From Gnetum montanum (lineage: Eukaryota; Plantae; Gnetophyta), in contig MNCI01000775.1 in the NCBI GenBank assembly GCA_015680685.1, forward strand, positions 78,251 through 142,250: a DNA stretch of 64,000 nucleotides, read 5' to 3'. A model generated the notes under the pieces. That model was not told the DNA's origin. It made no database searches and saw only the letters and a list, made by a program, of their open reading frames with translations. Positions 35,880 through 49,839 of this stretch are shown piece by piece (the first letter of the stretch is position 1; every line of letters starts with the position of its first letter). A program made the translations under genes and the position numbers.

Positions 35880-38330
35880 GGGGAGATCATACATGTTGAT
35901 GGCTTTATGACAAAATGTGCTTGGGTCATTGCCACAACATGCTGCAAGGCTCTAACCATGAAAGGTGTCATGGGCATCCTAGGTGATGCCTTAATGACAA
36001 AGTGGGCCTATGGCCTAGTTGATGCTAAGGCTTCAATATCATTGGAAGGCACAAAAACCACAAATGGTTCATTTTTTAGCTCTATGTTTCCATCAATGCT
36101 GATAGCATTAATGGTATATCTTGCACTCCTAGCATTCAATGGATCCTTATAAATATTCATCCATTGGTTATCTGATCAAAAAGGATTACTTTCATTAAGG
36201 ACTAGCTTTCCTTGATCAATAATGCATTAGATAACATCTTTTAATGCTAGGCAATAATCTGTGTCATGGCCATGTAATTGATGATAGTTGCAGAACTAGT
36301 CTAAAATTTTTGGGTGCTAGAGGCTTATTGGGCATAGCCATAGAGGGGTCTTAGAGGATCTCGCAGTACCTTTTGTGACATTTATGGGCATCTTCTGACA
36401 TATTCTTTTGTTGAATGTTCCTAGCACTAAGAATATCCAATAATTCTAATGGCTTAAATGGAAAAGGGGTATATTTTAAGTAATCCTTACACTCAAAGTT
36501 TGGCCTTGATGGAGCTTGCCCTGTGACCATTGATAATTCAGGTTGGTTGGTTCCCACGTTAGTATAACCTAATGTTTTGTTGGTAGCGGCTAGGGCCTTA
36601 GGCACCTTGGCCATCTATTTACAGCCACTATAGTGGTTATCATGGCTTTACCCTTTTCCTTATCTCTCTTTGCATGTGCATTCTTGTAAACTATGTAAGT
36701 TGGATTCTTACTAGCCTCTGCTACATCTTATATGCTCCTTGTTTGAGCAAAGCCTTGGCTAATGGAGTGTGGGACTAAATAATATAGCTTGGATTTAATT
36801 GAATTGTTTACAATGCCCTTAAAAATGGCTAGCAAGTGGATTTTAGCAATTGGCTCACAAATCTCATTTAGGAGGTGCTCTAAGTTTGTATGAATTTTTG
36901 CACGGGTTCTGGCGCTTCTTGCTTAGCATTCATGAGCTTGTCCAATGTGGCTTCTGGATTCAAGTTGTACTTGAAGCAGGTTACAAACTAGATTAACAAC
37001 TCCTCTAAAGTTGAAATGGAAGCTTGAGGAAGTGTGTGATGCCAATCTGAGGCTTTGCCAGTCAAAGACATGGTGAAGACATAGATGACTGCATGTGGCC
37101 ATAGTTGCAATAACAAAGACTTACAATGAAAAGTGACTAGGTGGGTGTTTGGGTCACCCTCTCCATTGTATTTCATAAATTAGGGAAGCTAGATTCCAAG
37201 AGGCAATGTGAGCAGAGGAACGATGGGGCTAATAGGATCATACTAATAGAAGTCCATTACATGGACTATTTCAAAGTTGGCAACTTTAAGCCACTTGACC
37301 TCCTTAGTGAGGGTTTGAATAAGTTGAAATGCTTGATATAGACTCAAGAATATTGTAGAGGGTTACATTAGTTGTACTATTGGTGGTCCTGTTAGAGTGG
37401 CTACTAACCCCATTGGGGGTGCTATCAAAGTAGTCCATAGCCCCATAGTTGGTTGTGCCATATGTGATGCTTGGTACATTTGCAACTGCATGTATAGCAG
37501 CCTCTAGGACAATTGAAGAGTAGGAAAAGATGTTGCTACCCACCACTTGATTAAGGTTTGAGCTATTGTTGGTGGTGGGACTTACATAGAAGGGATAATG
37601 GAAACAGGGCTTGTTTGTGGCTACAATATGGGCATAGTATGCCCATATGGCAATGTGGGTGTCATAGACACTAGCTACAAAAATTAACTAGATTACAAGG
37701 GAATAATAAAGAGAGGGGAGGTAGAAGGCCCTACATTCTATTGCATTGACAACATTTTGTGGCTACCTACCACTAGCAAAGATTTGGTATATGGAAGTAT
37801 CATAGCCATCATCAAGGAGGTAGAAGACTATGACTAATGTGATAAGAACATAGAGGTAGATGGTGGGGCCAAGGCATAGAGTGGGCCACCACCGTTGAAA
37901 TGGGATTCAAACTCCTCCTACCCATCTTGGAGGCACTTGCCATAGTGTGATGTCATGTCTTGCTTCTTTGGCCCACTCATTTGGGTATGTTGGTCCAAGA
38001 TCCATTGGAAAATTTTAGTGAGTGGTATAACCATGTTAGGGGTGGGAAGGAACTCCTACCCATTTTGGTGTATAATTTTGAAAATATGCTTTTCTTCCAT
38101 TTCTTGGTGGTCCACTGGTAGTCCCACTTGCATCTTTTCACACAAAAAGTTGTATCATTCTTCATCAAGTGCCATGTGTTTAGGCAATTGGTGCCAATGT
38201 CTAAAAGATTGTCATTGTGGTCACACTGAGCTAGGTGGTTGCTCAAAATCCACTACATGTTGAATAGGGTGCACCACCTCTAGGCTTAATGTGGTAGCCG
38301 AGGTGTTAAAAAGGTTAATTTTCATTATGT
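35880..38330 (-). pseudogene. gag: Decayed gag of a second Tat element (D), 3'-truncated
   Basis: MKYNGEGDPNTHLVTFHCK...WHHTLPQASISTLEEL (ORF 36988-37176); FCNYHQLHGHDTDYCLALKD near 36240-36300. Confidence 0.88.
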
Positions 38331-38774
38331 CATAAAAGACATGAGAAGAAGAGAGACTTACAAGAAATGTTCAAATGCAATAAATTTTAAGCTAAAATGG
38401 TTAAGTATGCAAACTGTAAAGAAAATAGGCCAAAAATGGCTAACTCTAAAAATGTTGAAAAAATGGTTATCTCTACTATTACACTTGTCATGCTCTAAGG
38501 GACTATCATGCTAAGAGGGTTATCATCCTTTACAGAACACTTAGAGCTTAAGGTGGTGGATAGTTTGGGCTTTCTATCATACATGGTTCTAGGGGAGCCA
38601 TCAACTAGGACCAATCTACACCAACTAGAATGTAGATAACTCATATGCTAGCCTATGATCCAGCTACTATTATGGTAGGTCCATAGGGGTGTTACATCTA
38701 TGCTAGCTTGTTGCTACTAATGGGGGTATAGAAAGCATGCAGGACTACCTGTGGCACATAGAAGAAACAAAGAT

Positions 38775-38792
38775 GTCCTCCTTTTAGTGCCA
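38775..38792 (-). promoter_or_regulatory. PBS tRNA-Asn of element D
   Basis: Minus strand TGGCACTAAAAGGAGGAC, 5 nt from the LTR end. Confidence 0.8.
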
Positions 38793-38797
38793 AAAAC

Positions 38798-40654
38798 TAG
38801 GACATTTGGAAATGTCAATGGTTGGAACACCTAGAGGTCATCAAGTGTATAACCTAACCCCAAGTCTGTGGAAGGGCTATGCTAGAGAAAATGGAAATAG
38901 GATGCCCTAAATAGTCTAGTCGATTAGATAAGGACTTACATGGTGTAACAATAACCATTTTCAAAAGCTTGAAAATATTATTGCGAATTAGGAGAAAATA
39001 TATCTTAATAGTGAAAAACATAGGCAATTATACTAAAATTTGAAACAAATGCTAAAGGAAAATGAAATGAGAGATTAAGTAAAGAAATGCACCACCCCAA
39101 GATTGGTGGAACTTGACTTCTAATTAATCAATGTGTGAAATTGGTACATAGTGTCAAATAGGCATAGTGGGGTAATGTGGCATTGTGGTCACAGTCTCTG
39201 GGACATTGTGGAAATGATGCTAGTAGCTACAAAAGAGGCTAGACCTAGTGAGCTTATAGTTGTCATGCTATGCGAGTGCTAGGAAGACTACATCATGATG
39301 CTCAGTAAGGTCTCAAGCTTGAATGCTCAGGTGTGAGAGTGATGAAGATGGTAATAGTGTTCTAATGAGTGATGCTTAGAATGATTTGTAGATCATCAAC
39401 CCACCCCTAAAATGTTGATTATTGGGGTATTTATAGAGTTAGGGTTGATGGGAGATGTGGATTGGGTGTTGCATGGCCTAGGTCCCATGTAGCATAGATG
39501 GGAATAAGTCACACTGACATGCTATGCTCAAAGTGTCAAGCTCTAAGTGTCAAGCTCAATGGTATCACACTCTCTAGGGTAGGAATGAGAATTGAGAATT
39601 TTCCAAACTATGACCACAACCCACAGACTGCATGTGCCAAAGTCTAAGGGATTGCCATGTACCTACAAACAATGCCAAAATAAATTCAACTTGGAGTCTA
39701 TGCTCTGGGAATATGTCTTTCCCCTCTTCCATGTAGGGTAAAGCATAGGAACAATTTTGAGGATCAATAGGGGGTGCAAAAATAATGAAAACTCATAATC
39801 TTGGCCACTGAAAGGATGTCAAATCTAAAATGAAGGTTGATGCTAAGTTTTGGGAACTTCTGGAGGCATTTGAAGGCATTTTCCAAGTGTCATGTTGTCT
39901 ACACTACATAGCATGATGGAGTGTAGTGTGAACACTTCGAAACTTTTTGTAGATTTTGTCTTGTCACATTATCTACATTGTGTAATGTAGCAGAGCGTAC
40001 CACCCACATTTTGATGAATTTTGCCAAAATTTGCAATGTTTCTTCATGGCACCCTGATCACAATCTAAGGGTAAAATAGGACAAGTAGCCTTGGAAGTCA
40101 AAAAATTGCTAAATGCACCTTACATGTCTAGATAGCTTGATAGACTTTTGGTCCAACACTTAGAAAAATTTGAGCCCTAAAACTTATGCTACATTATCTA
40201 TGCTATGTAGTGTAGCAGAGCATAATAGGCCAAAAGATAGAAAATTTTTCAAACTACTTTTTTCATGTTGAGCACCTTTGACAACTCCTAGCCTAGTACT
40301 TAGGTGGACTGGAAATTGAGACATGTGTCAAGATGGATGAGCTAAGGAGCATAGCAAGCTTGATAGCCCAAGAGATAGAAAATTTTCCAAACTATTTAGT
40401 CCATCGTCAATGCCCTTTGACTACTTCTTGCTTGACATTTGTGTAAACTGGCCTTGGACGTAGGCACTATGCTAGTTATGCTAGGGACTATAGCAAGTAG
40501 ACTTAGAAAATTTTTGCAAAGATCAAGACTTACAATGTGCTACGCTATCTACCTTGCATAGTGTGACACTAGACTTGGAAAAATTTTGCCCAAGATTTGA
40601 CACTTGGATAAATCTACCATTGAATTGCAAGGGCTCAAAATTAGTGGTGTTTCA
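38798..40654 (-). repeat. 5' LTR of element D
   Basis: Minus strand starts TGAAACACCACTAATTTT; colinear inverted homolog of 48022-49839; TATAAATACCCC near 39424. Confidence 0.9.
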
Positions 40655-41479
40655 TCGATGTGGCCATGTCAACATGGGATTTGATGCATTGTTGTGGCCT
40701 TGTCGATGTAGTATCTATTTCCATCTATAGGTGCTCACCTTCCATGTTTATGGCATCTTTGGTCATAGTTGTAGTGAAGCTCTTGCAATTTTTTTGCTTG
40801 AAAGTTACAATACTTTTTCTAAGTGGTCGCAGTAGGAGTCAAAGATTCTATATATTTTTATTCAAGAATTATTGTACCTAAGCATAGTAGTAAGTGCAGC
40901 AATAAAGGTGAGGTTTCTAATAAACCTTATAGCACTTTTAAATAAATTAATTGCTTATTTATACTAATGTTTTATGCAACTTTCTTTAATGCTTTAAATA
41001 ACTAAGCTATATTAAGTTATATTATATAGTGATTAATTAAGCACATAAGTACAATCACTTCGAGCATAATCTTGGTGCTTGGTAATCCCAGTAATGCTTA
41101 ACATTTGGTAACCTAGTAGCAACAAATGTGTTCAAGATGTGTACAACAAGTGGGAATAGATGCTTATGTTAGGATTAGCTATGTGTAGATAGTTAGATTC
41201 AAGTAGCAATTTAATTATTTTATTTTATACATTATTCTTTACCCGTAGATAAATTTAAGTATAAAATGTAAATATGATAAAAATCATATGCCTTAGTTGC
41301 ACTTAACCATACCTTACATTTCACAAGTGTAATTGGCAAGACAACGATTACAATGATTAGTTTCACTTCCTAGTGACCACTATTCTTAGAAAACTATAAG
41401 TTCAAAAAATTCAACTGGATCTCATGTGAATGCTTAGTGATTCATATGGTTGGGCATAAGGTCTACTTTCCAGTCATCA
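40655..41479 (+). repeat. Athila-like 5' LTR, 3' part (interrupted by element D)
   Basis: Reverse-complement homolog of 11050-11880; ends GTCATCA. Confidence 0.82.
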
Positions 41480-41480
41480 T

Positions 41481-41498
41481 TGGCACTATTACCAAGGA
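41481..41498 (+). promoter_or_regulatory. Decayed tRNA-Asp PBS
   Basis: TGGCACTATTACCAAGGA = TGGCGCCGTTGCCGGGGA with transitions only. Confidence 0.8.
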
Positions 41499-41789
41499 CT
41501 TATAGTTTGATACATGTGCTATCTAGGACTTACTGAATATTATTTAAGATTTTTGGAATGAATCCTAAGATCATAATCATTCAAAAAATTAATAATTATA
41601 ATTATAATTTAAGCACACTAAATTTTTATTTAATCCAAAATTTCTTCTTCTTACAAGCATCATGAATTAAAATTGCTAGTGCCCCAAGAAGTCAAAGTGA
41701 TGTACACTCATTTAGATGAGTTTTTATATGATTTCATCTTCATCTTACATTAGGATGAGTAGCTAAAGTGAAGAGATATGAAGGAAAAT

Positions 41790-44700
41790 GTTATGTTCCC
41801 TCTTGACTAATTTTTTGCTGGGATGATGCTCCAAAATATTAAAAGGTTGGACATCTAAGATCTCCATGATGAATACATTATGTAGGAACATGCCTATTGG
41901 GACTACTATTCCATAGAAACATAATACAAACGAGATCAATACCAGAAGAAGCATAATGAAGCTATGAAGGGGAAGCTATTCACTAAACCCTTGTTCCTAT
42001 GAAACCAAAATGATAATGAGGATTCTTCCTCTAGGGGTTTTCAACATGAAGATTATCCATTCCTTGACCTTGGTGAAGGGGGCTTGAACCTAAATCTGCA
42101 CTCGACTATCAATAATCTAGGTTCAGGAAAAAGTGGGAGTCATGGCAAGGGCTCATGCAAGCATGGTAATGATGATAAAACTAATGATCATGATTTTGGC
42201 AAGTGAATAGGAGGTGGTAGACATCATGGTGATGGTATTCCTCCTCCATTTTCATCTACATCTTCTTCTTCCTTCTCCAAATTTGATCAAAATCGTAGGG
42301 GATGAAATCATAATTAAGGAGAATAATGAGATAATGATCTTAGGCCTCACCATGAATGAAGGGGTAGTAGAGGACATCATAGGTATCATCAAAATTATAG
42401 CAATGATGAGATTTTGTTGGAAACTTGAAGTATGCTAAAAATTATAGAGGCAGTTGGAATTCCAACTGGGTAGATGAAAGATAGTAGAATCAAGAGGTTG
42501 GACATGAATTATATTCCTAGATTTGAGTGTGGATATAACTCAAATGAACATACTAATTTTCAAGCCTTTCAATATGTTTGTGCCTTATAGAACATAGAAA
42601 ACGATTGGCATAAACATAAGCTATTCCCTAGAACACTCATAAAAGAAGAAAAAAGTTGGTACTGCTCCTTAGAGGTAGAATCCATTTGCAGATGGAGTAT
42701 GATGCTTGACCTATTAAATTACAAATATTAGATGTACTCTAGAGTGTTTAACTTGTGGAAAAAAATCCAAGGCTAGTGACAAGGAACATATCCTTGGATG
42801 TAGCCATGGGCAGGTATTAATCCCTTTTACATATATGTCCTACCCATAGTTATTCTTAGTAGGAGCTGCTTTGCCATATCATAAATGGGCTTCAATCAAA
42901 AATGAAGAGACTCTTAGGGTCTATGCCTAAGGAAAACTATTAGAACTAATAGTCCATTATATTTAGAGGCCAATTGAGTAGGTTGCAAAAGAATATGATG
43001 AGTTGGAAAAATGGGAAAGTGATAAGGAGTATAACTAGGATCCTTTCATCAGAAAAAGGAAGGTCTAATTTTGTGATAGTGAGGAGGAGGTACCATTTTA
43101 ATCTATGTTTAAAATTTTTGCTAACGTTAACAAATTGTAGAAATCTTTCAATGAAAATTTTCAAACTACTCTAAAAATTGCAAAAGAATCCAAAGAACAA
43201 GGTAGTGATCATGATCATAGGAGAAGAAGAGAAGCTAAACATACCTACTAAAGGGGTAAGGACAAAGCTACTATAGTAGAAGAGATCATGGAGTTAGAAG
43301 CAAATGATGATAGTGGATGTGACATTTGCCAATATGAATATCCTAAGAAATGTTGTCTTGTCATGTCACACTTACAATAATCTAGGATGCATGCTTTAAA
43401 TCCTAGACTAGCACAAAGGTAAGCACCTCAAAAGTTACCTTATTCTCAAGGTTATCCAAGGCAGTTTCACTAGCAAAAATAGCCTTATTATCCAAGTGAA
43501 GCTTCACCACAATCGTATGAGCAGTACCATCAATGGTAGCATCCACAATCATGGGAAATGTGATCACCAAGGTAGTAGTACCCTTATAGGTAGCCAGATT
43601 CATATGGGTACTATGTTCAGTAAACTATGTTTCTGCATGACGTTTATAGTTACAATTCTTTTCAACATTACTACTACCCTCTAGAGTACTACAAAACGCA
43701 TTCTTCATCTCCTAGAGGAAAATCCCCATATCCTTATCATCCTTCTCATCCTTCAAAACATGTTCCTCCACCCTCAACCTAATTGTTGCTTACTCCATCC
43801 ATGTAGGATGAAATTCTCATGCAACCACATTAACATAACACTACCAAGGATATTAGCTTATAGCAAACTCCTCAGCTAAGTGGTTTAGAACCTAGATCCT
43901 GTAAAAGACCATTCTTCCCAATCAATAGTCCTATAAAGTCATCACCAACTTATGTAGCTAGTTTCCCTATGTCCTTCATTCTTTGCATCCATTTCTTTCA
44001 AGATCTCTTCAAACCAAATGCCTTCCAAGATTTGTAGTTATGTTAACCCATGTTGTATCTAAGTGGATTAATGCTAGAAACCTTCCCATGAAAATAGCTG
44101 ATCTTGTAAGTCCTCTCATCTACTTGTAGATTGTAAGAAATGAGCCATGCAAGGCTCTCCTCAGTTTAGGTTTGGTGTTAATATGATTTTCCATGAAATT
44201 TACAAAGCTTGAAACTTTCCTTCTCTTAAGAAGAGTAATATCTATTTAGAATTGGTAGATTATTCCATCACTATTTTGTTGGAATTAGTAGAGGACATTA
44301 TGATCACAATCTATGGTTGGTCGTATCTTGCTAATTTCTTAGTGATCAAAGTTAACAATTTCAACAGGGACTTTCCAATCATTATGGGGAGGGCTTGGTT
44401 GAGCACTATTAATGAACAAATAGGCATAAAAGATCTTTCCTTGAAAATTTTCAAGGATAATGGATTTAGAAAGATCAAGCATGTACAATGATACCAAGTG
44501 GAACTATGTGCAGAAACTCTAGTCTATAAAAAGGGCATCAATCAAAGCATGCAGATAGTGTGTAGACGAATCTAAAATTCAAAAGTACCTGTACATAGTA
44601 GCTAAAAATAGGAGGGTAACCAGTGGTTGATCGTTGATTCTAAAAGTAGCACACTTTGCATGGAACTTATTGAGAGCATAACTTATGCCTATGTTAAAGG

Positions 44701-46325
44701 CATGAATGAATTTAAGAAATTTAATTACAAACTCTTTGATGATGAACTTGATGATACCAATTGAGGAGAGTTGGAAATCCCTAACAGTTTTAAACATGAG
44801 CCCTTAGAATTGAAAACTCTACCTAATGGCATGGAATATGCATTTCTAAAAATTGGTAAGTTGATGATAATCAATGCCAACCTTGCTCCTGAGTAGAAAA
44901 GAATGGTATTAAAGGTTGTCAACAAATAGCCAGCAACTTTCACTTGGTCATATCCTAAACTCATAGGGGTTGATCCTAGGATATGCTAGCATGGCATCTA
45001 TACCAATCTAGCTATGAAGCCAAAGAAGTAGCTACAATGGTGGTTGAACCCCAAATTGAAGCAGATCATCAAAGAGAAAATTGAGCAACTTCTCAAGGTG
45101 AGATTCATCTATTCAATTGTAGATATTGAGTGAGTTAGCCCACTTATAATTGTGCTAAACAAAGGTGGAAAATGGTAGGTCTATATTGATTTTAGGTTGT
45201 TAAACATGATAATTTTCTAATATCATTTTCCATTGTCATTTGTGAACCAAGTGTTGGACACTATTTCTAGGCATTGCTATTATAGCTTTCTAGATGGTTA
45301 TAGTAGCTATAACAAAATTCAAATCATGCCTAAGGAATAGGCCAAAATGACATTCACAAGTCCTTGGAAGTGTTTTTCATATTGTAAGATGCCCTTTGAT
45401 GTATGTAATGCTCCTAAAAATTTCCAATTCTTTCTCCTAAGCATTATTCAATAATAGATTGGTAGCAAGCTGGAAGTGTTCATGAGTGACTTCTCCACCT
45501 ATGGTGCTACATTTGAGTAAGCCCTAGACAACCTTAAGAAAGTGTTTAAATGGTGCATGGATACTAATCTTCAGCTCAACTAGAAAAGAGTCCATTTAAT
45601 GATCCAAGAAGGAATTGTACTTGGGGATAAAATTTCTCAAGCAATGATTGAGATGGATCCTAAAAATATTTTGGTCATCCAAGGAATAACCTGCTATCTA
45701 GAAATTGTTAAAGATGTCTAGTAATTTCTTAAACACATTGGCTACTATCGATGATTCATAAATAATTTTTCTAAGATTGCAAAACCATTGGTCAAGCTTA
45801 GAAAGAAAGATGCTTCATTCATATGGATCAAGAAATGCAAAAGGCATTTCAATAGCTTAAGGAGAAGCTTGTAGAGACTCCAATTCTATGAGTATCTCAT
45901 TGGTCTTGACCATTTCACATTATGAAAAATGGATCAAGCTATGCATTGGAAGCTATGATTATGTAGTTCAATGATTAGAAACATCCATATTACATATATT
46001 GCATAAGCAGAAGCATTATGGGTGCATAACTCAATTACACCATAATAGACAAATAGCTAATGACTATGGTGTATGCTTTGAAAAAGTTTAGCCACTATGT
46101 GCTTGGATACAAGGTATTTTTTCATACTAAACATAGTATCATTCACTTCCTAATGAATAAACCAATGGTGAGCCCTTATGTTATACAGTGGCTAGTGATC
46201 TTGTAGGAGTGTAATATTACAATGGTACATCTAAAGGAGACTAAGAATGTGATTGTTGATTACTTTCCTTGGTTACAATGGAACAACAAAGAGGAGAAGA
46301 GCCTATTTTCTAATGAATTTTTTTA
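41790..46325 (+). pseudogene. pol: Decayed Athila-like gag-protease-RT-RNaseH; integrase deleted
   Basis: LFPRTLIKEEKSWYCSL gag core (~42620), FPIIMGRAWLST protease (ORF 44252-44491), PLELKTLP, FLDGYSSYNKI, KMPFDVCNAP, LEVFMSDFS, MVYALKKFSHYVLG. Confidence 0.92.
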
Positions 46326-48021
46326 TGTTAAACTAGCATAGTGATCTACTGGGACCTTAAACTAGCACATCATGGACTACCCAGACCTTAAAAAAGGATC
46401 ACGGTCTACTAAGACCTTAAACTAGCATAACAAATGGTCTACCAAGACCTAAAGCTAGGTTCAGGATATAGCACCTATAGTCCAACATACATCATTCTAC
46501 GAACAAGTGAGCAAGAATACTTCTAACCTTCCATTGCCTACCCACACCTCTCAGGCAGGATGGGATAGGGTGTTGCAGTTTTAGAATGAAGTTCAGATCA
46601 TCAAGGAAAACTCCTTTGGGATATTTGCAATGTTACCATCCTTGGCATATTGCTAATCTTACAGAGATTGTTTTAAGAATATTACTAATCTTCCAAAGAT
46701 GTCATTTGGCATCCTGCTAACCTTCTGGAGCTACCATCACCAACACCAATCATCTTGGTTGTAGCACTCATCATCAGCAACTCTTTCTAGAGTCCCAAGA
46801 GTACTGTGGCCCAGCCACAACACTACCATCCTTTAGCCCTTACCATTGTCATAGTTTGGAAGAGCATTTGGTAGCTTCGCTCCTTTCCCTACAGCTAAAT
46901 TTCTTGGCTCTTGCCTTTGGTGAGAACTCCTAAGAACCTACATCACCATTGCTCCTAGCCTCTTGAGTGCTTACTTCTAGTGTGGCTATTGGAGCTTTCC
47001 AGCATACCTCTACTAATGCCTACATAAGCCTACTTTTTTAGACATTACATGCATCTTATTTAGCATTTTTGGCCCTTGCAATGCCCCTAGCTAATAGGAA
47101 TTAACTCTCATTTCACATGATAGTTGTTTTCTCTATGTTAGCTTTGTAGGATGAAGCCTGGGTGGTGTCGTTCAAGGGTGCATTTCACTACGATGGCAAG
47201 ATACTACATCATTCTAATGATTAGCTTTCACCTACCTAGCTACTTGAGAGTGCATACCCCAATATCCTCTTAGCTAATCTTACCTCTACCTCTTGATCTT
47301 GTAATCTCCATCATTCTTTGTAAACTTTCCCAATGCACATGCAACCTTTCCCATGGTCAACCATAGAGCCCATGATGGATGTAATGCAACTCATCCCATG
47401 GGAATTCTTTTTGGGTTGGTGAAAGCTTCAAATGGATGTAACACAACTCATCTCATGGAGGAAACACCTATCCTACAAATAAGACATGGTTGCCTCTAAG
47501 TAAGTTTGCTTGGCAAGAAAGAAAATCTGTAGAAAAAAAAAGATGGGAACAGAAAGAGAAGATAAAAAAAAGATACAACAAAAGAAAAGGGAAAGAAGAA
47601 AAAGAAAAAAGAAAATGGAATAATTCAAGTGCCCAAGTCAAATGGCACAGTTGCCATTTTGCAATCGGTCCAACCTTAGATCAACCATCTCATAAGCACT
47701 TCAATGAGAGGTCAAAATCCAAAAGGTAGGACACCTCTAAATGCTAACTCCATCACAAGCACTCTGAAAAGGGATCATGTTATGGAAATAAGCCATCATG
47801 GCATTACACCCCACAACTATCCTTTCTATCCCTTGTCTCTTGACGTATCTCCCTAAACTATTCCCTACCATACTTCATTTTTTTGACACTCTCAAGTATA
47901 GCAAAGAATCATCCAAGTAGGCACTAAGGAATAGTATTGGTATCATGTTCATTATGGTATTTTGTATTCTTTGTTAACATCTCTTAAGTTAGTCCTCCAA
48001 ACATCGATAGAGAGGGGCTAA
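46326..48021 (+). mobile_element. 3' UTR of a Tat element (G) with GACCTTAAACTAGC array (46326-46460) and PPT (48009-48021)
   Basis: Colinear with the reverse complement of 19042-20500 and partly with 6540-7456. Confidence 0.85.
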
Positions 48022-49839
48022 TGAAACATCACTAATTTTAGGCTCCTGCGACTCAACAGTAGATTTGTCTAAGTGTCAAAACTTGGGTAAAATTTTTTCT
48101 AAGTCTGGTGTCACACTGTGCAGTCTAGATACCATAGCACACTGGGAGTACTCTATTTTCAAAATTTTATCTAATTCTACCTGCTATGCTCCCTAGCATA
48201 GCTAGCATAGCACATGTTTCCAAGGCCAATGTGGACAAATGTCAAGCTAGAAGCAATCAAAGGGCACTAAGGATGGATGAAAAAATTTGGTAAATTTTCT
48301 ATCTCTCAAGCTATCAAGCCTACTATTCTCTTTAGCTTACCTAGCTTGACATATGTCCTAGTTGCCAGTCCACCCATGTACCAGGCTAAAAGTTGTCAAA
48401 AGTGCTCAAGATGGACAAAATAGTTTGGCAAATTTTTTATCTTTTGGGCTTGTTATGCTTTGCTACACTACATAACATAGATAGTGTAGCACAAGATTCA
48501 AGGATCAAATTTTTCTAAGTGTTGAACAAGAATTCTATAGAGCTATCTAGATATGGAAGGTGCATTTGGCAAGTTTTTGACTTCCAAGGCTACTTGTCTT
48601 GCTTCACCCCTAGAATATGGTCATTATGCCATGAAGAATCATTGTAAATTTTAGCAAAATTCATCAAAATGAGGATTCTATGCTCAAATACATAGTGTAT
48701 ATAGTGTGACAAGACAAAATATGCAAAACATTTCTAAGTGTTCATGCTACGCTTGGCTACACTAGGCAACGTAAATAGTGTGATGCTAGGGAAATCCATC
48801 TGAATGGCTTCAAAAGCTCCCAGAATTTGGCATCAACCTTCATTTCAGCTTTGACATTCCTTTGATGGCCAAGATCAGTAGTTTTCTTTGTTTTTTCACC
48901 TCCCCTATTAATCCCAAAATTGTTCATATGCTTACCCTACATGGAAGAGGAGGAAGATGTAGTCCTAAAGCATAGACTCTAATTTGCATTTGTTTTAGCA
49001 TTAATTGTAGGTACATGGTAGTTCCTCAAACTTTGGCACATGCAATCCAAGTGGTGTGGTCAAATTTTTGTAGATTTTCAATTCTTTTTCTTGTCCTATA
49101 GAGTGTGACATCATTGAGCTTGACACTTAGAGCTTGATACTTTATGCGTAGCTTGTAAGCGTGACTCATTCTCATCCATGATATGTGGGAGCCAAGCCAT
49201 GTGGCACTCAATCCACTTCTTGTGTCAACCCTAGATCTATAAATACCCCTATAATTAACATTTTAAGGGTTGGTTGATGATCAAGAAATCACTCCAAGTA
49301 TCAAGAATTAGAGTGCTCTTAGCATCTTCATCACTCCCACACTTAAGCACCATGACCCAGCACCTACACAACATGATGACTGTAAGCTTGACAAGTCTAG
49401 CCCCTCTTGTAGCTACCAACACCACATTCGCAACGTCCCAAAGATTATGACCACACTGCCATGCTACCTTGCTATGCCCATATGACACTATGTACCAGTT
49501 CTATACATTATTTAATCAAGAGCTACATTTCCCAATCTTGGGATGGTGCATTTCTTTACTTAAACTCTCATTTCATTTTCTTTTAGCATTTTTTTATATT
49601 TGAGCATAATGTCTTACATCTTATACTACTAATATGCATGTTTGCTTATTCATGATACTATTTTTGAGCTTTTGCAAGTGGTTATTATTACACCACATAA
49701 GTCCTTGTCTAATCGACTAGATCATTCAGGGCATCCCATTTCCATTTTCTCTAGCACAGCCCTTCCATGGTCACAAGGTTAGGCTATACACCCGAAAACC
49801 TTCTTGATGTTCCAACCACTGATGTTTTTGGATGTCAAA
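48022..49839 (+). repeat. 3' LTR of element G
   Basis: AGAGAGGGGCTAA|TGAAACATCAC start; end GATGTCAAA (cf. GATGTCACA); TATAAATACCCC near 49238. Confidence 0.9.

Noticed and set aside
17198-40654. Single intact full-length element
   Set aside because: LTRs are of different subfamilies, there is no TSD, and gag is duplicated
47490-47729. Lys/Glu-rich ORF
   Set aside because: A-rich low-complexity 3' UTR tract, equivalent to the (AG)n/A-rich tracts in the other copies
38798-49839. Large TIR element or LTR-mediated inversion between inverted 1.8-kb repeats
   Set aside because: The repeats are a 5' LTR with PBS and a 3' LTR with PPT from separate copies; no TSD appears in either the present or the flipped configuration
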